NCBI GenBank assembly: GCA_963555825.3
Contig: CAUVXB020000002.1
Span: forward strand, 416,001 to 480,000
Reading direction: 5' to 3'
DNA length: 64,000 bases
Source of the DNA: Alphaproteobacteria bacterium
Lineage (GTDB): Bacteria > Pseudomonadota > Alphaproteobacteria > JAAXGF01
A program made the translations under genes and the position numbers. The notes beneath the pieces are model-generated. The model saw only the letters and a list, made by a program, of their open reading frames with translations. It had not been told where the DNA came from and searched no databases. Every line of letters starts with the position of its first letter. The first letter of the stretch is position 1. This document shows, one piece after another, positions 1 to 10,114 of this stretch.

Positions 1-571
1 CCAACTCGTCCTCGCCGGTGCGGCCCTTCATGATCGTCTCGCCCTCGTCCGAGAGGCCGAGATAGCCCAGCTTGTGGCTGCCAGGGAAGACCTGGAGCGC
101 GCCGTTGGCGGCGTCCTGGCGGTCGAAGGCGAGGCCGGTGGTGAGGTATTGGGTCGCCAGGTTCGAGAACAGCTCGGGCCGCTCGCGGAAGCGCAGGTCC
201 TGGTGGAAGCGGTAGCTGGTGTATTTGGCGCCGGCCGGCTTCCAGTGGAGCTGGTTGGCGATCTGCTTGATGTCGCGCCCGAGCAGCGGCTCGAGCAGGG
301 CGAAGTAGCGCGCGTCGCGGCGCAGCGCCTCGAGCACCGGGTTGATCCAGGCGAACCAATAGGCCTGGATGACGATGCGCCGCCGGGCCGCCGGGTCGTT
401 CAGCACCTCGAAGCAGAGGTTGCCGTCGCGCCAGGTCGCGTGGTGCTTGAGGCCCTCGGCATAGACCGCGTCGACCGCCGCCCGCGCCCGAGCCAAATCG
501 TCGCCGCGCAGGAACCCCCGGACGATGGCATAACCCTGTTCGCGCAACGCCGTGACATGTGGCGCCGCCAT
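1..571 (-). CDS. Phytanoyl-CoA dioxygenase (PhyH) family Fe(II)/2OG oxygenase, 3' end outside window
   Basis: Not in ORF track. Manual translation from ATG at 571: MAAPHVTALREQGYAIVRGFL...QLHWKP...YRFHQDLRF...DAANGALQVFPGSHKLG. Contains the HxD iron motif and the NGxLxVxPGSH motif of the PhyH family. Confidence 0.85.
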   Translation of the reverse strand, partial: MAAPHVTALREQGYAIVRGFLRGDDLARARAAVDAVYAEGLKHHATWRDGNLCFEVLNDPAARRRIVIQAYWFAWINPVLEALRRDARYFALLEPLLGRDIKQIANQLHWKPAGAKYTSYRFHQDLRFRERPELFSNLATQYLTTGLAFDRQDAANGALQVFPGSHKLGYLGLSDEGETIMKGRTGEDEL

Positions 572-904
572 ACCCGATCCTCCCGATTGCCCGGCCGCCG
601 ACAGCTAACCCCGAAACACGCGCCGCGTACAGTCCCGCGACGCGCAACCCGGCATCCCGCCTGCGACGGCGGCAAACAATATTGGCCCGACCGCGCCGGC
701 CAGGCCTTCGGCATCGGCCCGGCGATCGGCCGTATCATGGCCGACCTCCCGACCGACCAGTGAGTGGGTCGGGCCAGTGAGTGGGTCGGGACGGCAACAT
801 CGGGTTGGCGTTTGCCCTCGTCTATGGCCTGGATCGTTCGAATTGCCTGGCAGGACTCCATCGGCATTCACCGATCCTAGCCCGCGATCGGTGTTGAAGC
901 TGAA

Positions 905-1054
905 TCAGCGCCCTTCCCGGCCGTCGCCGCCGTCGTTGTTCCGCCGGCCCCGTGCCTCGATGACCTTGACGGCGGCCCAGACGACCGCGATGACGGCGAG
1001 TGCGAGGACGCCGATTTTCAAATAGGCGAGGGCCTGTCCGGCGGCGAAGCTCAT
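905..1054 (-). CDS. Small (49 aa) single-pass membrane protein
   Basis: Manual translation MSFAAGQALAYLKIGVLALAVIAVVWAAVKVIEARGRRNNDGGDGREGR*; hydrophobic helix followed by a basic tail; host-like codon usage. Confidence 0.5.
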   Translation of the reverse strand: MSFAAGQALAYLKIGVLALAVIAVVWAAVKVIEARGRRNNDGGDGREGR

Positions 1055-1124
1055 GGCGAAGGTCGACCGTAAGAAATGGGGAATTGCCTGCAGTGTTCAT
1101 GAAAAGAGGCTCGTCGAGAGAGCA

Positions 1125-3093
1125 CTAGTGTCCCGATTCCGAAGTTCGCATGATTTTCGCCTGCTGTTCAGCGATTTCGATTGTTCGGAGGCAGAAGCGC
1201 TGGATGGCGCCGAGGATGTCATCGGCGGATTTGGTCCATTTGAAGGGTTTGGGGTTCTGGTTTGTCGCAGGTCGATGTAGTCGAGGATGGTGCGCTCCAA
1301 CTCCTTGGTGGAGCGATGGACGCCGCGCCTGATCTGCTTGTCGGTCAGCAGCCCGAACCAGCGCTCGACCTGGTTCAGCCAGGAGGCGCTGGTGGGTGTG
1401 AAATGGGCCTGCCAGCGCGGCCGTTTGGCGAACCAGTCGCGGATCGCCTTGGTCTTGTGGGTCCCGTAGTTGTCCATGACGATGTGGGTCGAGATCAGCA
1501 GGGAGGATGAAACATTTGCCGATGATCCTCCCGTGGCGATGTCGAGGGCCGCGAAGAGAGAGGTCGATGCCGTGGGCTTGTAGTCGTGGCTGCGCCGCTC
1601 CGCCTGCCCGGGGCGCATCGGCAAGCGGGGATGGGAACGGTCCAGGGCCTGGATCTGGGGCGTCGACACAGGAACCAGGGCACGATCGCGGCGCCAAATA
1701 CAGACCGACGATCAGCGCGGAGTCCGAGAAGGGATCGCTCGAGCATGGTCTCCGGCGATGCGCTGCGGCCGAAGGCCCGCCAGATGCGCTCCAACTCCCT
1801 GGTCGCGTCCGGCGGCGTCCTTCCAGCGGCGGCGCTTCCGCGATGGCGATCGCCGATTTGACGCGGCGCGCGGGGCGTTCGTCGCGCGTCGAGGCCCTCC
1901 GCCGCATCGCCGCGCCTGATCTGTGTCCGCGCTCGCCTCGAGACGAACGGCCCGGACGATCGGTCAGCAGCCCCTGGGGCGCGCTGCGACGACGAGAGCG
2001 CCTCGGCAATTCCGCGCGCTCGTTCAGCCAGCCCGAGGCATGATCATCGATCGCGAGGACTGCCGGCGTGCGCGACAGTTCGATGTGCGATGGGCGATTG
2101 TTGCGAGCTGGGCACCGCGGCCGTTTGGCGACGCTCCAGTCCGCTGGAGCGATGGACGCCGCGCCTGATCTGCTTGTCGGTCAGCAACGAACCAGCGTCT
2201 TGGGGCGTGTGAACAGGGCCTCGGCCGTAGTCGCGGATCGCGTCTTGTGGGCAGGCCATGACGATGTGGATGTCGAGATCAGCAGGGACGTTCGCCTCGA
2301 CGAGGTCGAGGAATTTGCGGAACTCTCGGGCCCGATGGCGCGGGAAACATTTGCCGATGATCTCTCCCGTGGCGATGTCGAGGGCCGCGAAGAGAGAGGT
2401 CGTGCCGTGGCGCTTGTAGTCGTGGCTGCGCCGCTCCGCCTGCCCGGGGCGCATCGGCAAGAGGGGCTGGGAACGGTCCAGGGCCTGGATCTGGCTCTTT
2501 TCGTCGACACAGAGAACCAGGGCACGATCCGGCGGCGCCAAATACAGACCGACGATGTCGCGGACCTTCTCCACGAAGAAGGGATCGCTCGACAGCTTGA
2601 AGGTCTCCGAGCGATGCGGCTGCAAGCCGAAGGCCCGCCAGATGCGATGAATGGTCGAGGGCGCGTGGCCGCTCGCCCGCGCCATCGAGCGAAGGCTCCA
2701 ATGGGTCGCGTCCGGCGGCGTCTCTTCCAGCGTCAGCCGGACCGCTTCCGCGATGGCGTCATCGCCGATTTGACGCGGCGCGCCGGGGCGGGGTTCGTCG
2801 TACAGACCGTCGAGGCCCTCCGCCGCATAGCGGCGACGCCACTTGCCCACGGTGTCCGCGCTCGCCTCGAGACGAACGGCGATCTCCTTGTTCTCCAACC
2901 CTTCCGCCGCCGCCAAGACGATCCGAGCCCGCCGCGCAAGCCCCTGCGACGTCTTGCGACGACGAGACAGCGCCTCCAATTCGGCGCGCTCGTCATCGCT
3001 CAAAGAGATCGTCACCGCCACTCTCGCCATCAATCGCGCCTCCTAAAAACAAATAGAGACATAATCATATCAATTTATCGATCAGGACACTAG
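1125..3093 (-). mobile_element. Two degenerate or garbled tandem copies of the IS630-family element
   Basis: Starts with CTAGTGTCCCGATTCC at 1125. About 2260-3093 matches the intact copy; about 1260-2260 has many indels relative to it. Joined head-to-tail to the intact copy through a shared CTAG at 3090-3093. Confidence 0.8.
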
Positions 3094-4214
3094 TGTCCCG
3101 ATTCCGAAGTTCGCATGATTTTCGCCTGCTGTTCAGCGATTTCGATTGTTCGGAGGCAGAAGCGCTGGATGGCGCCGAGGATGTCATCGGCGGATTTGGT
3201 CCATTTGAAGGGTTTGGGGTTCTGGTTTGTCGTGTCGATGTAGTCGAGGATGGTGCGCTCCAACTCCTTGGTGGAGCGATGGACGCCGCGCCTGATCTGC
3301 TTGTCGGTCAGCAGCCCGAACCAGCGCTCGACCTGGTTCAGCCAGGAGGCGCTGGTGGGTGTGAAATGGGCCTGCCAGCGCGGCCGTTTGGCGAACCAGT
3401 CGCGGATCGCCTTGGTCTTGTGGGTCCCGTAGTTGTCCATGACGATGTGGATGTCGAGATCAGCAGGGACGTTCGCCTCGACGAGGTCGAGGAATTTGCG
3501 GAACTCTCGGGCCCGATGGCGCGGGAAACATTTGCCGATGATCTCTCCCGTGGCGATGTCGAGGGCCGCGAAGAGAGAGGTCGTGCCGTGGCGCTTGTAG
3601 TCGTGGCTGCGCCGCTCCGCCTGCCCGGGGCGCATCGGCAAGAGGGGCTGGGAACGGTCCAGGGCCTGGATCTGGCTCTTTTCGTCGACACAGAGAACCA
3701 GGGCACGATCCGGCGGCGCCAAATACAGACCGACGATGTCGCGGACCTTCTCCACGAAGAAGGGATCGCTCGACAGCTTGAAGGTCTCCGAGCGATGCGG
3801 CTGCAAGCCGAAGGCCCGCCAGATGCGATGAATGGTCGAGGGCGCGTGGCCGCTCGCCCGCGCCATCGAGCGAAGGCTCCAATGGGTCGCGTCCGGCGGC
3901 GTCTCTTCCAGCGTCAGCCGGACCGCTTCCGCGATGGCGTCATCGCCGATTTGACGCGGCGCGCCGGGGCGGGGTTCGTCGTACAGACCGTCGAGGCCCT
4001 CCGCCGCATAGCGGCGACGCCACTTGCCCACGGTGTCCGCGCTCGCCTCGAGACGAACGGCGATCTCCTTGTTCTCCAACCCTTCCGCCGCCGCCAAGAC
4101 GATCCGAGCCCGCCGCGCAAGCCCCTGCGACGTCTTGCGACGACGAGACAGCGCCTCCAATTCGGCGCGCTCGTCATCGCTCAAAGAGATCGTCACCGCC
4201 ACTCTCGCCATCAA
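3090..4214 (-). CDS. IS630-family transposase (374 aa)
   Basis: N-terminal HTH; DDE motifs [31 protein letters not shown]. The stop codon TAG is supplied by the CTAG target. Confidence 0.95.
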   Translation of the reverse strand: MMARVAVTISLSDDERAELEALSRRRKTSQGLARRARIVLAAAEGLENKEIAVRLEASADTVGKWRRRYAAEGLDGLYDEPRPGAPRQIGDDAIAEAVRLTLEETPPDATHWSLRSMARASGHAPSTIHRIWRAFGLQPHRSETFKLSSDPFFVEKVRDIVGLYLAPPDRALVLCVDEKSQIQALDRSQPLLPMRPGQAERRSHDYKRHGTTSLFAALDIATGEIIGKCFPRHRAREFRKFLDLVEANVPADLDIHIVMDNYGTHKTKAIRDWFAKRPRWQAHFTPTSASWLNQVERWFGLLTDKQIRRGVHRSTKELERTILDYIDTTNQNPKPFKWTKSADDILGAIQRFCLRTIEIAEQQAKIMRTSESGH

Positions 4215-4274
4215 TCGCGCCTCCTAAAAACAAATAGAGACATAATCATATCAATTTATCGATCAGGACACTAG
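3090..4274 (-). mobile_element. IS630-family insertion sequence (intact), CTAG target
   Basis: Ends CTAGTGTCC...GGACACTAG; same element as the copy at 42491-43675 (identical transposase translation). Confidence 0.95.
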
Positions 4275-4427
4275 AGCACAATCCGATCGATTGGAATCGG
4301 TCGGATTGTGCCAGCCCGCGACTGCGGGCCGCCGACCGTTCGGCCACCCTTGATCCCATAAGATTGGCAAGCGCGGCGATTGAGCGCAGGTCAACTTTGC
4401 GAAGCAAAAGTGACCGGACAATGCTCT
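4272..4427 (+). repeat. Structured intergenic MITE/RIME-like repeat, copy A (one stem arm deleted)
   Basis: Imperfect terminal IRs TAGAGCACAATCCGATC / GACCGGACAATGCTCT. The core GGCCGCCGACCGTTCGGCC...GCGCGGCGATTGAGCGCAGGTCA is shared with the copies at 11476, 59112 and 59593. Confidence 0.85.
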
Positions 4428-4550
4428 TCCATTGTCGGGCCGGGACCGACGAAATCCGTCTGCGATCGAGGTCGCGTCGCGAAATGCGTTCCGAAAGTGT
4501 CGGCGCGTTTCGTCCTGACGGGTGGCGCGCTTTGGCGTACAATCACGGCC

Positions 4551-4697
4551 ATGACCGACCTGTTGGGCTTGTATCTTATGATTCTGGCCTTGTGGCTGGC
4601 ATCCGAGCTTGCCGCCAGGGATCTGTCGGGTCCCGCGCCCAAGGACCCCTACCGGCTGGACCGCTGGCGCAACGGCGAAGGCGACCCGGATCAGTAG
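4551..4697 (+). CDS. Small (48 aa) putative membrane protein
   Basis: MTDLLGLYLMILALWLASELAARDLSGPAPKDPYRLDRWRNGEGDPDQ*; hydrophobic N-terminus. Confidence 0.4.
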   Translation: MTDLLGLYLMILALWLASELAARDLSGPAPKDPYRLDRWRNGEGDPDQ

Positions 4698-4715
4698 CCC
4701 GCGTCGGCAAGTGCC

Positions 4716-4860
4716 CTAATCCGGCAACGGCACCCCAGCCTTCTTCAGCATCGCGGCCTGACGGCGCTTGAGGCGGGCGGCGTCGAAGTCCTGGATGAGC
4801 TCCTCGAACAGGGCGTGCCAGTTGATCTCGGCGGCGAGGTGGAGGAACACCGAGCCGAGG
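4716..4860 (-). repeat. Orphan copy (145 bp) of the 3' end of the ABC1 kinase gene
   Basis: Translates LGSVFLHLAAEINWHALFEELIQDFDAARLKRRQAAMLKKAGVPLPD*; collinear with 10115-10259. Confidence 0.92.
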
Positions 4861-4869
4861 GCGCCGCCG

Positions 4870-5760
4870 TTAGTCCGTGTTAGGCGGCAAGCAGCACACC
4901 TGGTCGTAGGGGTAGTGATCGGCGAGCGTGCCGAGGTGCTCGAAGACGTCGAGCGCGACCTCGAAGGCGGCGGGCGTGATCTCGGCGTGCGGCGTCCAGC
5001 AGCCGAGCGCCTGGTAGGTCGCGATGCAGTCGGCCAGAACGTCCTCGTCGATGTCGGGGAAATAAGGCTTCTGCGCCCGGGCGATCTCGGCCGCCGGCGT
5101 CTCGTTCATGTAGAGCCGGGTCTTCCGGTAGGCGCGCGTGAAGGCCCGGGCCATGTCGGTCGCGAGCCATGCCGGCGTGGCGCACAGCGAGGAGAACGCG
5201 ACCGGCCCGATCTTCGGGCCGACCTGGGCGACGACGTGGCCGACGCCGTCCTTGGCGAGCTGCTGAGGGAACGGGCCCTGCTGCTGGACGTACTGGCCCT
5301 GGCCGTCGCGGAACGCCGCATCGATGTCGGCCGGGCCGCCCGGCGTGATCAGCTTGATCCGCTCGAAATCGATGCCCGCCTTGTGGCAGGCGTAGACGAA
5401 CATGGCGCGCGGCTGGCCGCCCTTGAAGCAGACCAGCCCGGCGCCCTCCAGCTTGTCCCAGGTGAAGTCGGGGTCGGCGTCGCGGCCGGTGAGGAAGAAG
5501 CCGTCCATCTCGTTGATCTGGGCGAAATGCCTGACCCGGGGCGTCTCGCCCCTGGCCAGCACCGCGAACCCCTGGCTCGGCGCCGACTGGGCGACATCGA
5601 CCGAGCCGTCGAGAAGCGCCTCGATGGCGGACGTCCCCGGCGGCGAGATCGACCAGTCGGGCTCGAGCCCCTCGTCGGCCAGAAACCCGCCCGACATCGC
5701 CGAGATCAGCGGCGAATAAAACGCCGAAAACAGCGTGAACTGGATGTTGATGGTAGCCAT
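4870..5760 (-). CDS. NMT1/THI5/TauA-like substrate-binding-fold protein with no evident signal peptide
   Basis: FYSPL...GFLADEGLE...ALLDGSVDVA pattern typical of NMT1/SsuA-type PBP2 proteins; RBS GGGAGAG upstream. Confidence 0.75.
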   Translation of the reverse strand: MATINIQFTLFSAFYSPLISAMSGGFLADEGLEPDWSISPPGTSAIEALLDGSVDVAQSAPSQGFAVLARGETPRVRHFAQINEMDGFFLTGRDADPDFTWDKLEGAGLVCFKGGQPRAMFVYACHKAGIDFERIKLITPGGPADIDAAFRDGQGQYVQQQGPFPQQLAKDGVGHVVAQVGPKIGPVAFSSLCATPAWLATDMARAFTRAYRKTRLYMNETPAAEIARAQKPYFPDIDEDVLADCIATYQALGCWTPHAEITPAAFEVALDVFEHLGTLADHYPYDQVCCLPPNTD

Positions 5761-5907
5761 TTCTCTCTCCCTTACCGGTCTGTTCGTTTGCGTTCGTTGT
5801 GCCTGGATCGTGCTCGCCCGCTACCGATCACGGGCCTTCGGCGACGGCATGACGGCCGGCGCCGTTCGTCGGACGACCCGTCGACCCTATGAACTCGAAC
5901 ACGCACC

Positions 5908-6160
5908 CTACTCCGCCAACGGCACCCCCGCCTTCTTCAGCATCGACGTCTGCCGCCGCTTCAACCGCGCCACATCGAAGTCCTGGATCAGGTCTTCGAA
6001 CAGGGCGTGCCAGTTGATCTCGGCGGCGAGGTGGAGGAAGACCGAGCCGAGGCCGATCGCGGCGCGGTCCATGTAGACGAACTCCTGGGGCGGCCGCACG
6101 CCGCCTAGCCGGTCCAGCTCGCGGTGCACCTTGGCGGCGACCTCGCGGCCGTAGACGCCC
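5908..6160 (-). repeat. Orphan copy (253 bp) of the 3' end of the ABC1 kinase gene
   Basis: Translates GVYGREVAAKVHRELDRLGGVRPPQEFVYMDRAAIGLGSVFLHLAAEINWHALFEDLIQDFDVARLKRRQTSMLKKAGVPLAE*; same length as 10115-10367, no indels. Confidence 0.93.
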
Positions 6161-6209
6161 TCGAATCTCGTCTGAATTCAGATCTCGGAGCAAACCGGCA
6201 AATAAAAAT

Positions 6210-6929
6210 CGGGCTGTCCTAGCTAAGGGCGTTTCTGTCTCAAAATAATCCATGTCTTCAATTGGTTAAGCAGTTCTCGGTGGTCACCTCCGTTGAACCG
6301 CCATTCGCACTCCTTGAGGAACAGGTGAAAGCTCTGTTTCGGGACGCCATTGAAGCGCCGTAAATGCCGCTTCGCCTGGTTCCAGAAGTTCTCGATCCCG
6401 TTGATATGGCTCCGCTCGTCGACGAACCGCTCCGAGTGATTGATCCGAACATGGTGGAAGTCCGAAACGTCCAGGGCATCATAGCTCGAAAAGCCGTCCG
6501 TATAGACGATGCTGTCAGGCCGGATCATACGCTCCATAATCGGCATCAACGTGGCAGTCCGGGCATTGGGAATCATCGCCGTGTAGACCTTCCCACCTCG
6601 CTTCAAAAGCCCGAAAACCGGGACTTTTCCGCCAGCGCCTCGACCCCGCTTGCCTTTGCGGCGGCCGCCAAAATAACTCTCATCAACCTCGATCTCTCCG
6701 GCAAAAGGCGAGGCCTTCTCCATTTCCTCGGCAATCACCTTGCGAAGCCGAGTATAAAACGAGGCCGCCGTGTTCCGGTGGACGCCAACCAGTTCGGCTG
6801 CTGCCCGAGCCGTCGTACCCGCAACGAAGTGCTCAATCAGACGACCGCGCTTCCAATCACTGAGCCGGCTTTTCCTCTCGTACATCCCGCCATCCTAGCC
6901 TAAGCATGCCGCTTAGCTAGGACAGCCCC
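6210..6929 (-). mobile_element. IS1595-family (IS1016-like) element, transposase 6223-6885
   Basis: IRs (C/G)GGGCTGTCCTAGCTAAG; 220-aa transposase with EVDESYFGG, YTDG and INGIENFW motifs. Confidence 0.93.
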
Positions 6930-8174
6930 ATCTTTTATTCTTGGCAGAGCGATGTTCCCAATGCCGTCAACCGTAACTTCATTCGGCGGGCCCTTGAGCA
7001 GGCGGTAGAGAGCCTCAACCGCCAGGAGGGTGCCGATGTCGAGGACGCGGTCCGGCTCGATCAGGACACTCAAGGTGTCGCCGGCTCGCCCGCCATCGTC
7101 GACACCATCCTGGCCAAGATCGAGGTCTGCGACGTCTTCCTCCCGGACGTCACCTTCGTGCCCGATAACGCGGCGCGGCGCACGCCCAACCCGAATGTGA
7201 TGATCGAGTACGGCTACGCGCTGAAGGCACCCAGTGCGGCGAAGATCGTCACGGTAATGAACACCCATTTCGGACCACCCACCGAGCTACCCTTCGACAT
7301 GCGCCACCGCCGGTTTCCGATCACCTACGATTTGGCGCCCGACGCGGATCCCGAGACGCGGCGCCGCGTCCGGGACCGGCTGGTCACCGATCTCGCCCGG
7401 GCCATCGCCACGGTCCTCGACGCGCGTCCGGCACCTGTCACGGAGCCGCCGCCGCCCTTCGACCGTAGCCCCACCTTCGACAGCGGCGCGACCTTCGTCG
7501 AGGCGAACGAGCTATTCCCCATGTGGGTCGACGGCGAGGGGGAGGCTCAGCGACGCTTTCCCGTCGGTCCGAAGATGTTCCTGCGTCTGATGCCGCGCGA
7601 CGCCGTACCGCCAATCGAGCGCGCCGCCCTCCTCGAGGTACTCGCAGCCACCGAGCTCTGGCCCCTCGGCTATCAGCGCTACCAGGGATGGGGCATGGGC
7701 ACCAACCGTCTTGGCGGCGGCTATGTTGCCTGCCACCGCGCCGACGACACTCTTATCGGGGCCATCTCTCAGATCATGCTCACGCGGGAAATTTGGGGAA
7801 TCGAGACGCATCTCCTCACCCATGCCGCTTCCCGGCACTGGGTCGACCGGGACTATCCTGTAATTCCAGACACGCTCCTCCGTCAGATTTTCGAGGACGG
7901 ACTCACGCGCTATCTCCGCGTCGCTCGCGAGCATCTCGTACTGTCCCCGCCCTTCGTCGCCGTCGCCGGCGTCGCGAACCTGGAGAACCACAGGCTGACC
8001 CTGTCGCAGACACAGATCAGCAATCAGATCTATGAATCCGCGATTTCGCGCGAAATCCTCATTGATGACCCGGACCGTCCGACCGCCGACTTTCTGTATC
8101 CCTTTTTTGCGGCACTCTACGATGCGGTCGGAGCGCGCTTGCCGCCACCCGAATCATCGGAAACCCACTCATAG
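6930..8174 (+). pseudogene. TIR-like/nucleoside deoxyribosyltransferase-like N-domain protein, detached from its start codon by IS/inversion
   Basis: Frame is open from 6930: IFYSWQSDVPNAVNRNFIRRAL...DQDTQGVAGSPAIVDTILAKIEVCDVFLPDVT...PNPNVMIEYGYAL...LPFDMRHRR. The missing start (ATG ATT ATC...) lies at 9848 on the minus strand. Confidence 0.75.
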
Positions 8175-8253
8175 AACTGTGAGGCCTCGGGCCGGGCGCC
8201 AGCCCGACCTAAGGGCGGGCTAAGAGCGGTGAATCAATCTGCGGAGAGTAATA

Positions 8254-9114
8254 ATGCCAAAACGACATTGCGTTCTTCCTGAGGGTGAAGATGGACCTCG
8301 ATGCAGAATTGGAATTTTGCAGGTCTTTTATCCCTGGAATGAGCCCGAGCTTCTCATCTTGCAAGGCTACAATGTACGCCATCCAGAACAACGACCGCAA
8401 TTTATTGGATTCCACTTCCGACAGGTTTTATTCCGGCTTGTACGTTCGCTGGGGCTTTTGCATCATCAAGCTCGACGCTACGACGGGTTTCTCGACGAAG
8501 GCGGTATCGCTGGCCCAAATCCAATTCTCGCCTTCGAGATTCCCGAAGTGGCGGGCATTGCCGCCGACAGTGTATTCCACTACCTCACCCTTTTCATCGA
8601 CGACCTTGCCCGAATTGTTCCGTATGTCCTCACTAACGAGGGTAATGAACCCATTGAGATCGATGGATTCAGTGGGCTCAAGAAGAGTATCTTGGATGAA
8701 CAGCTGCCTGCTCCGGATACTGTGGGGGATTTGTTTGCGGCGTTGGACCACGACAAATCGTGGTGGTCGCTCGGATTCAAGCGAGGTGAAGGAATACGCC
8801 AAAGGCTCACGCATTATATCGATCTCGTATATTTTCGAGCTAGCACCAAACCAGGTGACGCTAAAATGACTAGTGACATTTCGCTTGTCACATGTGGTGG
8901 ACCTGTCCGCGAAATTGACTTTGAAAGCGTTCTGCAAGAGCTGTTTTTGGACATGTTTGAATGGCTGGACCAAATCGATGTGGCGCTTCTGTCTTGCCTT
9001 TCAGAGAGGCTGAAAGACAAGAACATTTTTTGGAATCCCCTCGATGAACCTATTCCCGCCATTCCGCTACCGGAGCCGGATGCGGCTCGACCTGACGTGC
9101 GTCACTATTTTTAT
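8254..9114 (+). CDS. Putative HEPN-domain protein (Cthe_2314-like); last codons displaced by IS/inversion
   Basis: DSVFHYLTLFIDDLARIV helix and an RxxxxH motif (RQRLTH); lower GC. The original tail LPVCSEI* lies at about 6177-6201 on the minus strand. Confidence 0.55.
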
Positions 9115-9834
9115 GGGGCTGTCCTAGCTAAGCGGCATGCTTAGGCTAGGATGGCGGGATGTACGAGAGGAAAAGCCGGCTCAGTGATTGGAAGCGCGGT
9201 CGTCTGATTGAGCACTTCGTTGCGGGTACGACGGCTCGGGCAGCAGCCGAACTGGTTGGCGTCCACCGGAACACGGCGGCCTCGTTTTATACTCGGCTTC
9301 GCAAGGTGATTGCCGAGGAAATGGAGAAGGCCTCGCCTTTTGCCGGAGAGATCGAGGTTGATGAGAGTTATTTTGGCGGCCGCCGCAAAGGCAAGCGGGG
9401 TCGAGGCGCTGGCGGAAAAGTCCCGGTTTTCGGGCTTTTGAAGCGAGGTGGGAAGGTCTACACGGCGATGATTCCCAATGCCCGGACTGCCACGTTGATG
9501 CCGATTATGGAGCGTATGATCCGGCCTGACAGCATCGTCTATACGGACGGCTTTTCGAGCTATGATGCCCTGGACGTTTCGGACTTCCACCATGTTCGGA
9601 TCAATCACTCGGAGCGGTTCGTCGACGAGCGGAGCCATATCAACGGGATCGAGAACTTCTGGAACCAGGCGAAGCGGCATTTACGGCGCTTCAATGGCGT
9701 CCCGAAACAGAGCTTTCACCTGTTCCTCAAGGAGTGCGAATGGCGGTTCAACGGAGGTGACCACCGAGAACTGCTTAACCAATTGAAGACATGGATTATT
9801 TTGAGACAGAAACGCCCTTAGCTAGGACAGCCCG
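9115..9834 (+). mobile_element. IS1595-family element (inverted copy), transposase 9159-9821
   Basis: Same IRs and identical 220-aa translation as 6210-6929. Confidence 0.93.
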
Positions 9835-10114
9835 TAAAAGATAATCATCACATTACCCCCTGATGTGCCCTCCATTCGCGAAGATGACTTACTGTTTACA
9901 CCGACGGCCACGTTGAGTGAAAGTTACTGCCGAGGGTCGCACCGCGGTGGACCTAGAGCACTTTTCGATCAGTACGCCGAATATTTTGGCATACCCGATG
10001 GCGCCGCAATCAGTCCACCGATGGAATCGGATTAGGTACTTCGTTTGATGGGCCACAGCGGCTTGGCTCACGTCGAACTTTGACGAGATTGCCCTGGCTT
10101 CTGGCCACACCCCC

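Noticed and set aside
757-790. 17-bp tandem duplication CCAGTGAGTGGGTCGGG
   Set aside because: Only two units, near a noisy region; slippage or assembly error is sufficient.
3093-4274. 393-aa antisense ORF across the IS630 transposase (also 42491-43672 and 2068-3093)
   Set aside because: Shadow ORF on the opposite strand of a real gene in high-GC DNA; no recognisable motifs.
9889-10110. 73-aa ORF between the kinase and the TIR-like start
   Set aside because: No motif or RBS support; may be spacer or decayed sequence.
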